NCBI GenBank assembly: GCA_001949185.1
Contig: BDGG01000006.1
Span: 1,780,827 to 1,844,826, forward strand
Origin: Ramazzottius varieornatus
Lineage: Eukaryota > Animalia > Tardigrada
Length of the DNA: 64,000 nucleotides
Direction of reading: 5' to 3'
In this document: positions 25,301-37,400 of the stretch, piece after piece
Layout: every line of letters begins with the position of its first letter
Numbering within the stretch: position 1 is the first letter of the stretch
Position numbers and translations under genes: made by a program
Notes under the pieces: model-generated
What the model saw: only the letters and a program-made list of their open reading frames with translations
What the model was told of the DNA's origin: nothing
Database searches by the model: none

Positions 25301-27985
25301 CTATCTTCGACGCCAAGATCACAGGGCGAGACTATCTCTAGCTTGAGGAAACGTCGTCCGAAAAATCTTCCCAGAAGTTTTCAGGCGAGCGCGCTTTCCT
25401 CGGTGACAGGCGTCCATCATAATATCTTGAGCTTCTGAACGGTGAAATGTGGGGAGGAATGTTCAGTTAATCTTTTACTACAGGGAAGCTGGGCGCCCAT
25501 ATAGGGTCAGACGACCATCTCAGCCTACCAAGGCTTCGTCAGCCTATCCAAAACTTCGAAAAGACAACGACAACTTTTTCACCAAGACGGAAAATAACTT
25601 GTTATTTTTGGTTGATCTGGCATCAGCAGTGGCCGAACATCGCAAAGAAAGCGATTTGTTTAGGCATGAAAATTCATCATCGCAACGTGACTACTTGCAT
25701 ATCCTTCAGAACAATTCCCAGCAAGAAAAAGGTATGCGCAACTTGCATCTCAATGCGTCGTACATAGCACAACTTCGTGGGAAAACTTCGGTTGATTTAA
25801 TTTACGGGCTGACATGGGTTCGGAAGGTATGCGGGTTTTTCGGCGCAGAATTTACAGTCAAGAACTGGGTCGGGAATGGAATCTGCGGATTTGGTTCTGT
25901 GACAAAAGACAGGCATTGTCCTGCTTTGTGCCGTATTTTTATGAGCCGGCTTCGAATAGTGTGTGCATGATGGATCGGGTCGTCGTATTTAGGTTAAGCT
26001 GGTATCGTTCTGAAGAGCTGAGGGGCTTCCGAGCCAACGCGCGTGAGAAAGTCAGTCCATACTCGCGGTGGATATTTTGAGCCTTCCGCATACGGCGCCG
26101 CACATCGCTTCCGAGTCGATCGAGGTCCATAAGCGGCACCGCTTCACGACAGCCTCATGGCCAGGTACTTTTCGTCCTTCCACTTGCGGTTAGTGTTGCG
26201 ATCAATGCGGTAAGCTGGTCTGTTGTGGAAGTTTGAGACCTTCTTCACCAGCCCTTGTGCAAGATCATCCACCTTGACCATGCGTTGAACAGTGTCGCCT
26301 GACTGTACCACATGTTCGTCGGACAGCAACGTGGCGAAGGATGCAACCGGCTTTATCGGCTTTAACTTGGATGACAGTCCGTAAGTCAGCAGCGGAAATG
26401 GTATCCAGCTTCAGGTTCCTCCGGGCATCGGCCTTGACTTTGGCTACACGACTTCGGCAAGGAAGTAACGGGCCGCCATCAGCTGGTAATTAACGTGTAT
26501 GTAATAGTCATGGTGGTCATGCACGATCTGAAGCTACGAAAAAAATACGTTTGGTTAGATTCCGTACCATCCGGATGTGCTGTAGGAGCATCCTGTTAGT
26601 TCCTTTCTTGCTTTTTCGTTCATCAACACCCAAGCCGCTGGCAGTGACGAAGGAATTGCGATATCCGGACGCTGTCGATGTCAGCTTTCTCGAGACCAAG
26701 GACGTTAACGAAGAGGTTCTTCCGATTGCCTTCCGGCTTCTTGACAACGTGCAGGCATTTCGCTGCAGTCATGATAAATCCTGTGCGAACTGATAATCAT
26801 ACATAAGTCAACGCAGGGAGTAAAAATTCCATTCTTGTGTGGCACTTTCTACTCTCTAGTAATTATAATTTCATACGTACCTGAAGTCCTCTTGAATCAA
26901 TCGCACGAAGTTTCCGAACTGTATGGATAATCGACAGTTGAATGAGCGAAGATCTTTTACGTAAGAAAGCAGGACAAAACCTACTACAGAACGGATGCGG
27001 AAAATTCTCGAAGCCTAAACAGAATGTTTCGACCAGCAAGGCGAACCTTGAAAAGCTACCCTGTTAGGTTGCTGAGTAAACAGCTAGGCAGAAAAGTCAC
27101 CTGTATGCCACATTACAACTTTATTCACGGAAATCAGTATTCTCTATCTTTAGGTAGACTACAATGGACCTGTTTCGCAAGTCATGTTTTCGGCTTGCAC
27201 AGCATAAGTATAGGTTTTATGCTGTGAAGTTATCCACGGCTTATGTTTTGCCTAATATCGCTGCACAGAATTTGAAAACTATGCAAGCTGAGTTGATTGC
27301 ACTATTGACCACTTTGGTCGAAATTTGAAATTTTGGTGGAGTGGAGCGTGATCAGACCAATCAGCGAATTGGATTTGGCGCGTTAAGTGATCCGAGCTAC
27401 ACGCCTCTCCTACATTGCGCAACGTGACTTCCGCTCTCGTTCCTTCTCGAAATCCATCATGTTTTCGACCGAAACAAGCACTGAAGTTAGGAAGAGATAA
27501 TTGTCTTCCCGAAACTATCGTCAGAAGAAGCGAAAGAAGTCCGGGATTTATTCAGTAGAGGGCTAAATGACAGGCTCCGCGAATTCCGATGCCCTGCTGA
27601 ACTCGCGCGGCCTGATATCCCTTTATTCTAATGTTCTGTGCCGGAGGTGAGCAAACCGCGAAACGGTTTCCGCACAGAACCTGACACAGTATAAAATCAA
27701 AATCATGAGATTTTATTCTATTCGAAGCCGAAACGTGACTTGCAAAACAGGTCTAATAGGACAGGCAGTGAACAATAACAATTGCCATAGCCAGCTTAAG
27801 AAGTCGGCTATGGTCTCTTTGTCCAGAAATGGCGCTACGTTAGACCACAGCCGTTATTTTTCTCCGATAGAATATTCACTTTTACTACCGATTTTTGTCG
27901 TGAATGTCTGTAGATTCGCCATTATAGAACTTTGTTGGACCACTAATCCTGAAAAATGGCCAGAGTTTAGTACGATCCTATTCAG
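22335..27985 (+). pseudogene. Decayed paralogue of the RTK kinase domain, interrupted by insertions
   Basis: Fragments VVLGKGEVGTVYQA (22335), MLKAG* , PALILELCK (~22773), HRDTAAKNLLL..KVSDFG (~22965-23035) and last exon IIELCWTTNPEKWPEFSTIL (~27915-27985). These follow the exon order of the 15106-17918 gene but contain stops and frameshifts. Confidence 0.8.
23344..23915. mobile_element. hAT-type MITE (572 bp)
   Basis: TIRs TAGTGCTGGCAA and TTGCCACCACTA; perfect 8-bp TSD ATGGCAGG (23336-23343, 23916-23923); dense subterminal CGATA/TATCG repeats. Confidence 0.92.
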
Positions 27986-29827
27986 GCCGAGCGAAGCGAG
28001 GCCCTTTTAAGTCTGTCGAGATATCAATGGACTATCAGATCGAGCATTCACATATCGCAACTCTGTACTGAAAACAAATGCATAACTTGATCCGGGCAAC
28101 AGAACTTTTTTACTCGCAACTGCGACGTAACGCAGTAGAAATGTGTGGCCCACAATCTTTTGCCTCGTTGGCTCAACCTTCCCAGTGGTCAGAACCACTA
28201 GCTAGTGATAGATAAGTGTAGTCGGTCCTGCTGCCGCTTTTTACCACTGAGACTGGACAATAAGTGCTGCTGAAAAAGCAGACCAATGGCGCCACTCCAG
28301 ATACCAGTGTTCAGATGCCGCCGCACAAAACTTATACACTGTGACAGAAACTGGTTTGTTCGAAACAAAACGTGCTACCAAGTTATCTTTGTCCGCTCTA
28401 CCGTATAGCTGAGACAGCGCAGCATCAGTCTTCCGTGGCCGCGGAAGATCTATTCAAGAGAGTAAATGCACCACAGACCGAGGTTACCGAGTCCACATCA
28501 GCAACTGCATCAGTAATGCCCACAGGCTCATTACGCGCTGGCTGAACTCTCTGAGCCAGTCGAAGCACGCAACAACAGCGCATCTTCTTCAACCACAGCA
28601 ACAACAAAATGTTGCTGAAGAGCATGAAAACATCACACGCAGAAGTAGTGAATAAACTTGTAGGTTGCAGACTTTCAGTGAATTTCGAGTGGGGCTTTAA
28701 CATTCAATTAATTTCTGCTGTTGTGAGGGATGTTTGTTCGTAGGCCATAACACGTTGCAGAAAGTCCGATTGCTACGTGGATCTGCCAGCGTCTACTGTC
28801 TTCCAGCTCGCTGTCTTTCTTGGACATAGTTTCTTGCACTAAGACACCAGTAGACCTGAAAGAAGCACTCTCATACTGCGAAATATAATTTAGACTACCT
28901 TGCCATTGTTGGGCTCATCTTCGCGAAATTTTAGATCGCCTGAACCGATAGGTATCGCTCCTGGGACTGTGCATCCTGCAGTGGAAATATATTACCGCGG
29001 AAAAGATCTGATCACTTGGAGCCACAAAACGTTTTTGCGAAGAATCTACTGATGAGGTAAATATACATACCGATACTCTTATAACTTTCGAAAAATAGGT
29101 CTCTGAGCCGACTGGTCATAAAAAATGAAGGTTTCTGAATTTTGCCCTCGTTCGCGGACTATGATCGGTCGTTCTTCTTTTTGTTTACCAACAGAACGAA
29201 CGTCATCAAACAACTAATGCTAACGACTACCAGGTGTTGACTGAATTTCGGACGGAAAATAAAGCAGCCGAATTCGATCTTTCACCAATAATTGTAATGT
29301 AAAGGAAGGGCGACATTCTTGCGCGGTATGAACGAATATAAAGAACTGTACTTGATTCTCATTATCATTGAAGGTCGTCGTTCTGATTGTGGGGTGATAT
29401 AACTCAAAACCCGACGATAGCAGTGACATCTCACGAGTTGTGGTTCTCTTTTTCCAGGTGATAACAACATTTTGGCTCGAACCTCGATGCGGCCTGTCGA
29501 TCTCGAGTAGTCATCCAGGTATCGAGCGTAACCAAGCCCCGCACTTTTTCGAGATAACACTAGCATTTCACAACTGCTTACCGAACCTTCCAGTACCTTC
29601 CTCCTTGTTATCTGGCGTTTACGAGCCGAAACGCAGCCTTTTGTTCGATCAATAACCCGCAGGGGACCTGTTGTTCTCTTGTCCGCCAAAAACAATTTCC
29701 ATCTTAAAAGTGAGGTAAGTTTCCAGTTTTACACTTTCGCAAACTCCGATTTTTCTCTCATTTTTTGCCCTCTTACCATTAGCAACTGTCCGTTATAGCT
29801 TTCCGTTGACTCCTTCTGGTCTGCATC

Positions 29828-30418
29828 ATGGCTGAGCCTCATTCCGATATCCCGCCCGAAGACGACTCCGACGATGAACAAGGCGCCCAGTCTTCTTCCT
29901 CCAAAACTTGCTCCGACGTCTCCAAAAATTACCGCAGTATGAAACCTGTTTGTAACCTGAACGGCAAGGACTACTGGGTGGTGGAGGCTATCCGGGATGT
30001 CCAGGTGGACGACAAAGGCAGCATGCTGTACCTGGTCAAGTGGCAAGACTGGCCGGAGAGCGACAACTCTTGGGAGCCCGAAGAAAACTGCAACTACTCG
30101 CGTCGCCTCATCTCCGAGTTCCATCAGAGCTTGTCAGAGTCCAAACGCAATACCTTGGCTCAACGTATCCTTCTTCAGAGTATGGCCCGGACCACTGCCA
30201 CCCCTTCTTCGGCCAGAGTAACTCCGGCCTCAACGGTACGAAAGCCTGCTGCCGAACGAAAGCCTTATTCCAGGAAGTCCGCCACCACCACCGTCAAAAC
30301 TGCCGAGAAACCAGTAAAAAACGGGAAGAAACTGAAGAAAGCCAGCTCGGGTGATGAAGGAGGCTCGGAAGGATACCATAGTACGCCTTCGACACCAACG
30401 TCGTCTTTGCAAGACTAG
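29828..30418 (+). CDS. Intronless chromodomain protein with basic C-terminal tail
   Basis: YWVVEAIRDVQ...LYLVKWQDWPESDNSWEPEENC...LISEF chromodomain; acidic N-terminus; K/R/S/T-rich tail. Confidence 0.88.
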   Translation: MAEPHSDIPPEDDSDDEQGAQSSSSKTCSDVSKNYRSMKPVCNLNGKDYWVVEAIRDVQVDDKGSMLYLVKWQDWPESDNSWEPEENCNYSRRLISEFHQSLSESKRNTLAQRILLQSMARTTATPSSARVTPASTVRKPAAERKPYSRKSATTTVKTAEKPVKNGKKLKKASSGDEGGSEGYHSTPSTPTSSLQD

Positions 30419-31440
30419 CGGCTGTATCGGTACTGTTCCGAGTAACATGTCGATTATGTAATTTTCGACTAACGGATGTCGCTTTGAGCCCATCGCCAAA
30501 TTTTTCTAGTCTCGAAATGCGAGTTTTTTCCGTGTTTTTATGTTTCGTTGTTTTTGCATTTGAGCTCTATCACGTACTTTGGCTCCACCGTACAGTCAAT
30601 AGTGACCTTTGAAATCGTTGGGCGTTCGCGGAAAACTCCTAGCTCAATCTTCAAGGCTTTGGCGTTCGAGGTGCCTCCTCTCGAATTCAATATCAGAATC
30701 TCATCCAAGAATCGCTTTGCTCAGAAAAGCGATCAGAACAGAACACTCGAACGGAGAAGCATGTCATGGTTCGTCCACGAGGCTTACGAACCTGCGACGC
30801 CGCTTGCATTGAACCTCCTACATTATACATTTTGATTGCTTTCTCTGCCCACCGAATGGCACTCGACCAGTAGCTGTCAAATGCCTAACGTCTCGGACGC
30901 TTTCTTTAATGATAATCTTGAGTAATCATCCGGTCGAGGTCTTTGGTCTTGGGCGGAGAAAGAAGGCTTTCGCTTCGGCGTCAGGGTCTTGGAACGCGGA
31001 ACACTTTATCATGTGATGGAGAACCAATCTAAGCAGCTGATGCGGTGCTATGCATCTGGCTCGTGTACAAAGTGAATCAAGGCAATGTAAGCTTGAGGGT
31101 TTTTCGCTAGATGCGGAACTCAGCAAGCGGTGAACAACATCACCTTCGACGTCAATCGGAAGAAAATCTCCCTCTTGCTTTGTGGACTTCAGTGATACTA
31201 GCAAAATGCGACCGTGAACAAAGTTGGCCTGGTTTTATACAGAATACAAGAAATATCTTGGTTCAGTTATTTGGCGAATATCTGGAATTGAAAAACGCAC
31301 CAATCCATATTTACTGGTTGGCAGATTACTTCTGAAACCATAAGTCTTGCCCAGAGACATCAAGATTCACGTAGGAATCAGAAAGCAAGATAACAGTAAA
31401 CGGCCAAAATATTCGGCTATTAATCACTTTTTCGAGTTGC

Positions 31441-34400
31441 TTAATAAATCAGATTTTCTTTGGGTGTTTCATAGATGTGTTCAACTATGGCGGGTTTCGC
31501 AACCGTCGAAACCGAAGAAACGGACGAGTAATCATTTGGTGGGGCTTTTCCAACACCTTGAGGCGAACTTGGCGGTTGCTAAAAACAGACAAAAGAACCG
31601 ACATGAAGACCTCTTTGGACAAGTTGGGAAGGTCACGTAATCTCGCAAAACGGAAGTTGCCCGCTCATACCTTTTCCACCAAGTCAGGTGTCGAGGTGCC
31701 ACTCGATTGGCGGTTGGTGTAGCTACCAGTCTTGCGACGGCGATATATCTAAACACCAGAAACAAAACAAGTGTCAAAGTGGAACGAGATGTGTTTCAGG
31801 GCAATTGCGTCATTTTCGATGGAAGAAAGACGTGTGGCTTCGGAGTAAAGCTTACAAAAACGCCGGCAAGGACGATGAGAACAATGAACAAGGCCAGCAG
31901 GGCCAGAAGGGGCAGGAGGTTCTGGCCGTTGGAAGGTACTACGACATTGTTGACGGTTTCGTTGAAGTTGGTTCTGGCAGGAATAATAGGTGCATCGTCC
32001 ACTGCGACGTTGAGGTGTTGGTCGGCATGGACAAAGTCCGAACGGAATTCCAGAAGAGACATGTCACCCTTGAAGCGTGTCTGATTCAGCTGCAACAAGA
32101 AAAAGGAACATTATTACCTTGTCGATGTAATGTGTTTTTCTTCCCTTGGGCGATATTGAACGTGGAAAACAAACTGAACCAGATTTTGTCTCAAACGGCG
32201 CACGTTTCCGTTGTTATTGGCCGCAGTATGCGCCACTTGAGATCGTATTTCCCAGTTGCGCGTTTGTACACTGTCACAAGCTGGACGTGTGCGCCACTTG
32301 CAGCGTTTTGGTTCAAATCATTTGCCCACGTCCCCTTTTCGTACACGCACGATGAGATATTACGGGCCAGTAAAAATTACGGACCAGGCTCTTTCGGTAA
32401 GGCGGCACGGGCAGGTGATTCTTGCTTCAAGTAAAAACCACACCGAAGGCTGCACTGCTGTACGTGCGTGCTAGATATTGGGGAGCTAAAGCTTGTCATA
32501 TTAATGTTATAGCAGTCAGATCTTCATTATACCTTCAACAGTTCAAACTATTTCAAGGCTTCTCCGGCCTCCGGGACAGCAGCATAGAAGCGTTAGAGTA
32601 AAACAGCTGATCGGCTGATGGCCATTGTCCATGACAATTTTATACGGTTGAATTTTACTATGCAACGTCATTTGTGCGATTTCTGTTTCTGACTTCCGTA
32701 CAAATTGAAAATTTGCCGCCTTTTCCGCCTGGCCCGTAATTTTTACTGGCTCGTAATATCTCATCGTGCGTGTACCTTTTTCTCAAAGAAGTAGGCAACA
32801 TCAGCAGCGCGTTCGCCCTTGAAGACCGCATTGATCACAACGTTGTGTTTGGCCGGTAGAATGCTCAAGGTCTCCACTGCGTTTTCCTTGGTGTCGATCT
32901 GGTCCAGAACAGCCTGAAGAACCTGCTGCATTTCCTTCTCCGGCATCTCCTGCGGAGCGTTGAATCGCATGAAGACCCGCACTGCTTCGATGGCAACCGG
33001 CACTGAAACACACCCAGGCTATGAGTGCTCCAAATAAAAAAATAGATAGATGATTATACGACTTACTGCATTGGCGTTCGTTTCGGGCAAACTTAACTTC
33101 CGGTTCCAGAGCGTTGCCGTTCTCGTCGACACACCAACACTTCTCGGAGAAATGATCAGCAAAGCACTGCATCGGTATGTAAGTGCCATTGACCGTACAC
33201 TGTGGATGATAGATGTCGGCCATGACTGATCGTTCCAATGATTCCACCTGGCACTTGGTCGGTAGAGTATCGCAAGGTAAGACTCTTCGCCACTTGTCGA
33301 CGAACTGGGCTGTGCAGGAACATGGGTCCACACGGCACGTGGCCAGTGGGTGTGCACATTTGGCCTTCTCGCACAGGCCGGATCGGTTGCATGTTGACAC
33401 GGTGGCAGTTGGTGATAGTTTCGGACAGACGGCCATCTCCGGACAGCGTTTCTCGCATGCCGCTTTAGTTTCAAAGTTGTTGGCATTACCTTGGCATCCG
33501 CCATAGTCGAACTGCTCACACTGCCCAGTCTTCTTGTTGAAACCCCAACGGTCGATGAGGGCGCGACAAGGTCCCGTGCTGAGTTCTTGCATGCAGATAT
33601 CTGTCGCTGCAACGACAAGAATATCCATTCTGAACCAAGCCACACCAAACTTAGATTGGTACGTTGGGCGAATTGAATGAATCCAGATAGTTGTTCCAGA
33701 TGGCGTACGCATTCACTGTAATTTGGCGGAATATGCGCCACTTAGGATCGTCGTCCGAAGTGGCGCACTTTGTAAATGTTGGAGGTCCAAAACTTGCGCC
33801 ATTTGGAAAAACGATCTGGTTCAACCATCTGCCCACGTCCCAACTGAAAAAAGCGCTCTCACGTAAGCAGCGGGAATAACATTCAGCTTCTGTCTGGAAG
33901 TTGTTGTCGTTGCCACCACAGCCGCTGTAGTTGAACGGCCGGCATTCTTGCATGTACGTGTTAAAGGAATATCTGGTGACAGGTGACGACTCGGTGGGAG
34001 TGGTCGTGCATTGCCCTTCTTCGGTGCGCTGGCTACAGGCATCTATAACAGAGGCAGATGTAAATGTCAAGTACAATTTCGGAGATCAAAAATATTGTTA
34101 AATTTACCGTGGCAGTCGACGGTCTTTCCTTGTCTGTCCACAAAGCGGACAGAACATCCATTGCACGGGTCGGCATTGCAGAAGGCATCAGGTCGAGCGG
34201 CGCATGTGGCGGTCCGACAGGTGTCGCGACAGACTTCCGGCTTCTTGCCGTCAGCACAGACTGGGCGAACTTTGCCGACGACGATACCCGTGGCGTTGCA
34301 CTGGATTTGTCCGCGAGTGATGGTGTCTTGTCGGATACCACCCGTGGAGTTGACGCACCAGCAGAGCTCGCCGGTGCACTGTGTCCACTCGTAGTCTCCA

Positions 34401-37400
34401 GAGATGGCGCAGGTGGGCATGTACAATGGCATCAACACGGCTTCCACTGCAAAGAATGAGTAACTATAAAATCAGCATTTGAAATGGAAATTCAACAATA
34501 AAGAAATGCTGAACTAAAATAGACAAAAAGGTGCAGGCGACTGCCAACAGAACACGAAGGCCAACAGAACACGAAGGCGACTGCCAACAGAACACGTAGG
34601 CAACAGATATGCAGAATAAACGTAGGAGAAAGGCAAAGTCGGATCCTGATTCATGTAAAGCAGTTGTTGCTGTATGTACGTCACTCATAACTATAGACTG
34701 ATACTGTATTCAAAAAGGGTGCCAGCAGTACCGTTACAGACCTGGCTGTCCAGAACAAAGTTTTTGAGTTTTGTTGACCTTTGCAGAAACATATTTGGAA
34801 CTAGCCTCGCGTACCTATTGGATCGACGCAGGCTAAGCTGCATTTGCCGCGGCTACAGCACTTCTTGTTCCCCTGGCACTCCGTGTCATCATTGCAAGCC
34901 ATTTCGCATTTCTCGCCCTCCACCTGTGGTGCCGTGTTGGATGGACACTGGCCGGGTTTGGCAGTGGCGATGGGGATGGGTGAGACGCAGGCGTAGCCAC
35001 ATCCGGCAAAGCAGCACTTTTTGTCTTCGGCGCACTGCGAGTCGTCGTGGCAGTCCACGGCGCAACCTTCGTGGGGCAGAGAAAAGTAGGGTGGGCACAT
35101 GCCCACTTTGGAGGTGCCGTTGGCAAAGACGGAGATCTTGGCAATGCCGTTGCCGTTGGGACCGGACTTGGTGCCGGGTGCAAAGAGGGGCGGAGCGATT
35201 TGGATCTTGGACCAGGCCGTGGACGAAATGGTGCTCTGGAACTCTTTCTGGCATTCGGTCAACCCTGCAAGCAATGAATATATTGGGGAATTTTATGATA
35301 ATCTGACCTTGTACAGCTGTAAGACAGAAGTAAAAAATAATCTGCCTTTCGTGACTTGAAAGAAATTCACGGTATTTTTTCCTGCAAGATTTAGGCACAG
35401 GCTGGAACTTGTTGGTAAATCTTGCCATCAATTTATTTATACCTTCATCACAGTCGACTTTCTCGTTCTCGCTGCTGTAAAAGCCCACTGCGCAGCCACC
35501 GCATGGGTTGACCCTGCACTGAGCTCTGGGATGGCCTAAACAGACCTGTCGTCGGCACATGAGTGGATCGCAGAAGTTCATAGGGCCATCTTCCGGCTGG
35601 CACACTTCCGCCGAGACGTTTGAAGCGATGACGCCTATCCAATAAACGACAGTCAGCGTATTTTGCCGAATAATTTCCGAACGACAATAAGTAGTGGAAG
35701 AGGAGATAGGCTTACTCTCTCCGCAGGTTGGATATCCGCGCACGGCGCTCGACATGTCAGCTCTGCCTTTCTCATCGACGCACCAACACATACCCAAAGC
35801 TGGCTGACACTGCACAGGTATCCACGAACCATCAAACTCGTCACATTCCGGTACGAAGACGGGTGAAGTGCTGTTGACTTGAAGGCGAAGGGCACCCTGT
35901 CGCAGTGCTTCACATTCAGTCATAACTGAAACAGTACAAAAAGGGGGTGAACAACCCGCTCTATATCGCGCTTCGGTTCAAAGCCCCAAACGAACACAAT
36001 TCGAATACTGAGTACAAAACGAGAAATTTTCACCGCCGTTAGTTTTTACCTGGGCACAATGTTCTACACTGGTCTTCCGTTGCGAAGTTATTGGCATTGG
36101 CATCGCATCCACTGTATACAAACTTCTGGCAACTTTTGTTCTTCGGATCGAAATGGAACCTTGGAATAGTTGCCTTGCACTGGCCACTGATGACAGGCAG
36201 GAAGCAGTCATCGGAAGTCTTGGGACAACACGTAGTCTCCCCTTGGCCCGAGACACACTTATGGGTCAGCGGACAGCTGAGGTTCGTCGAGCAGGCTTCC
36301 GTGGAGTTGTTAGACGGCGCACCAACAAAAGGCGACAGAGCCTTGCCTACCAAGCAGAGGTTGACAGTGGGACGCGCGGATGGAGCAATGCGAGTGTCGG
36401 CCGGAAGTGGCACTGGTTGTGGGACGGGTGGAACGACGGGCTCGGTGATGGAAGTGGAGGAAGCAAGGCAGACTTTGGCGCAGTCTTCGATAGTGGGGAA
36501 GTTGTTGCCATTGCCTTGGCAGCCGCCGTACAGGAACGTCTTGCAGGTCTGCGTGGTGGGGTCGAAGTGAAAGCGGGGAATGGTGCCGCGGCATGGTCCG
36601 ACTTCGGGTGAGAGCTGGCAGACCGATGCTACAAAGAAAAGGTGAATCTGAACACCGAGACAAAACGCACAACGTCTGCGAAGTTCGACAAGGTTATGCC
36701 CCAGTCTATGGAATTGCAAAAGTGATTGAAAAATAAACAGATTCGCAAGGCGGAAAACAGTTATTTTTCAACACGACCGAGAGAATGACGATGCTGCTCT
36801 GTTCTTTTTCTTACCCATTTTGGAGCAGCAAATTCCAGCTTGGCCTCCCGCCGGCGTTTGGCAGCTATGGGTACTGGGACACGATGAATTGTCGAAGCAT
36901 ACGTGGATCTGGTTGGTATCAGTCGATCGGATGGGTTCGCCGAAGGGGCACGTTAGCGCTGGAGATGGCTTGGGTGCGCAGACCGGTACTCTTGACGTCA
37001 CGTTGTTGATGGAGCTAACTTCCAGCAACTTGCATTCCCGGCCAGCAGGACATTCGAAAAGTTCGCATGGATCCTCACAGTCGCAGATGGGGCATCCGTC
37101 CGCGGGATCGTGCTTGAAACCGGCAGGTCCACAGTCCATTCGACACATCAGCGCATCTGCGCACAAATCATCACCTAAAAACAAAAAGTATATGTTTAAT
37201 TCTGGAGAAATTCGATGCCGGAAATTAGGACGTCAGCAAACGGATTCGCACAGTCCATTATTTCGGGTGGCGCACGTTTTCAGCCATTAGCAATGCAAAA
37301 ATGCGCCACTTGGGAAAATGATCTGGGTGGATTCATTTGCCGACAAATGAGTTCGCACAGACCTTTATCCCAAGTGGCGCACGCTTTCTGCCATTAACAA

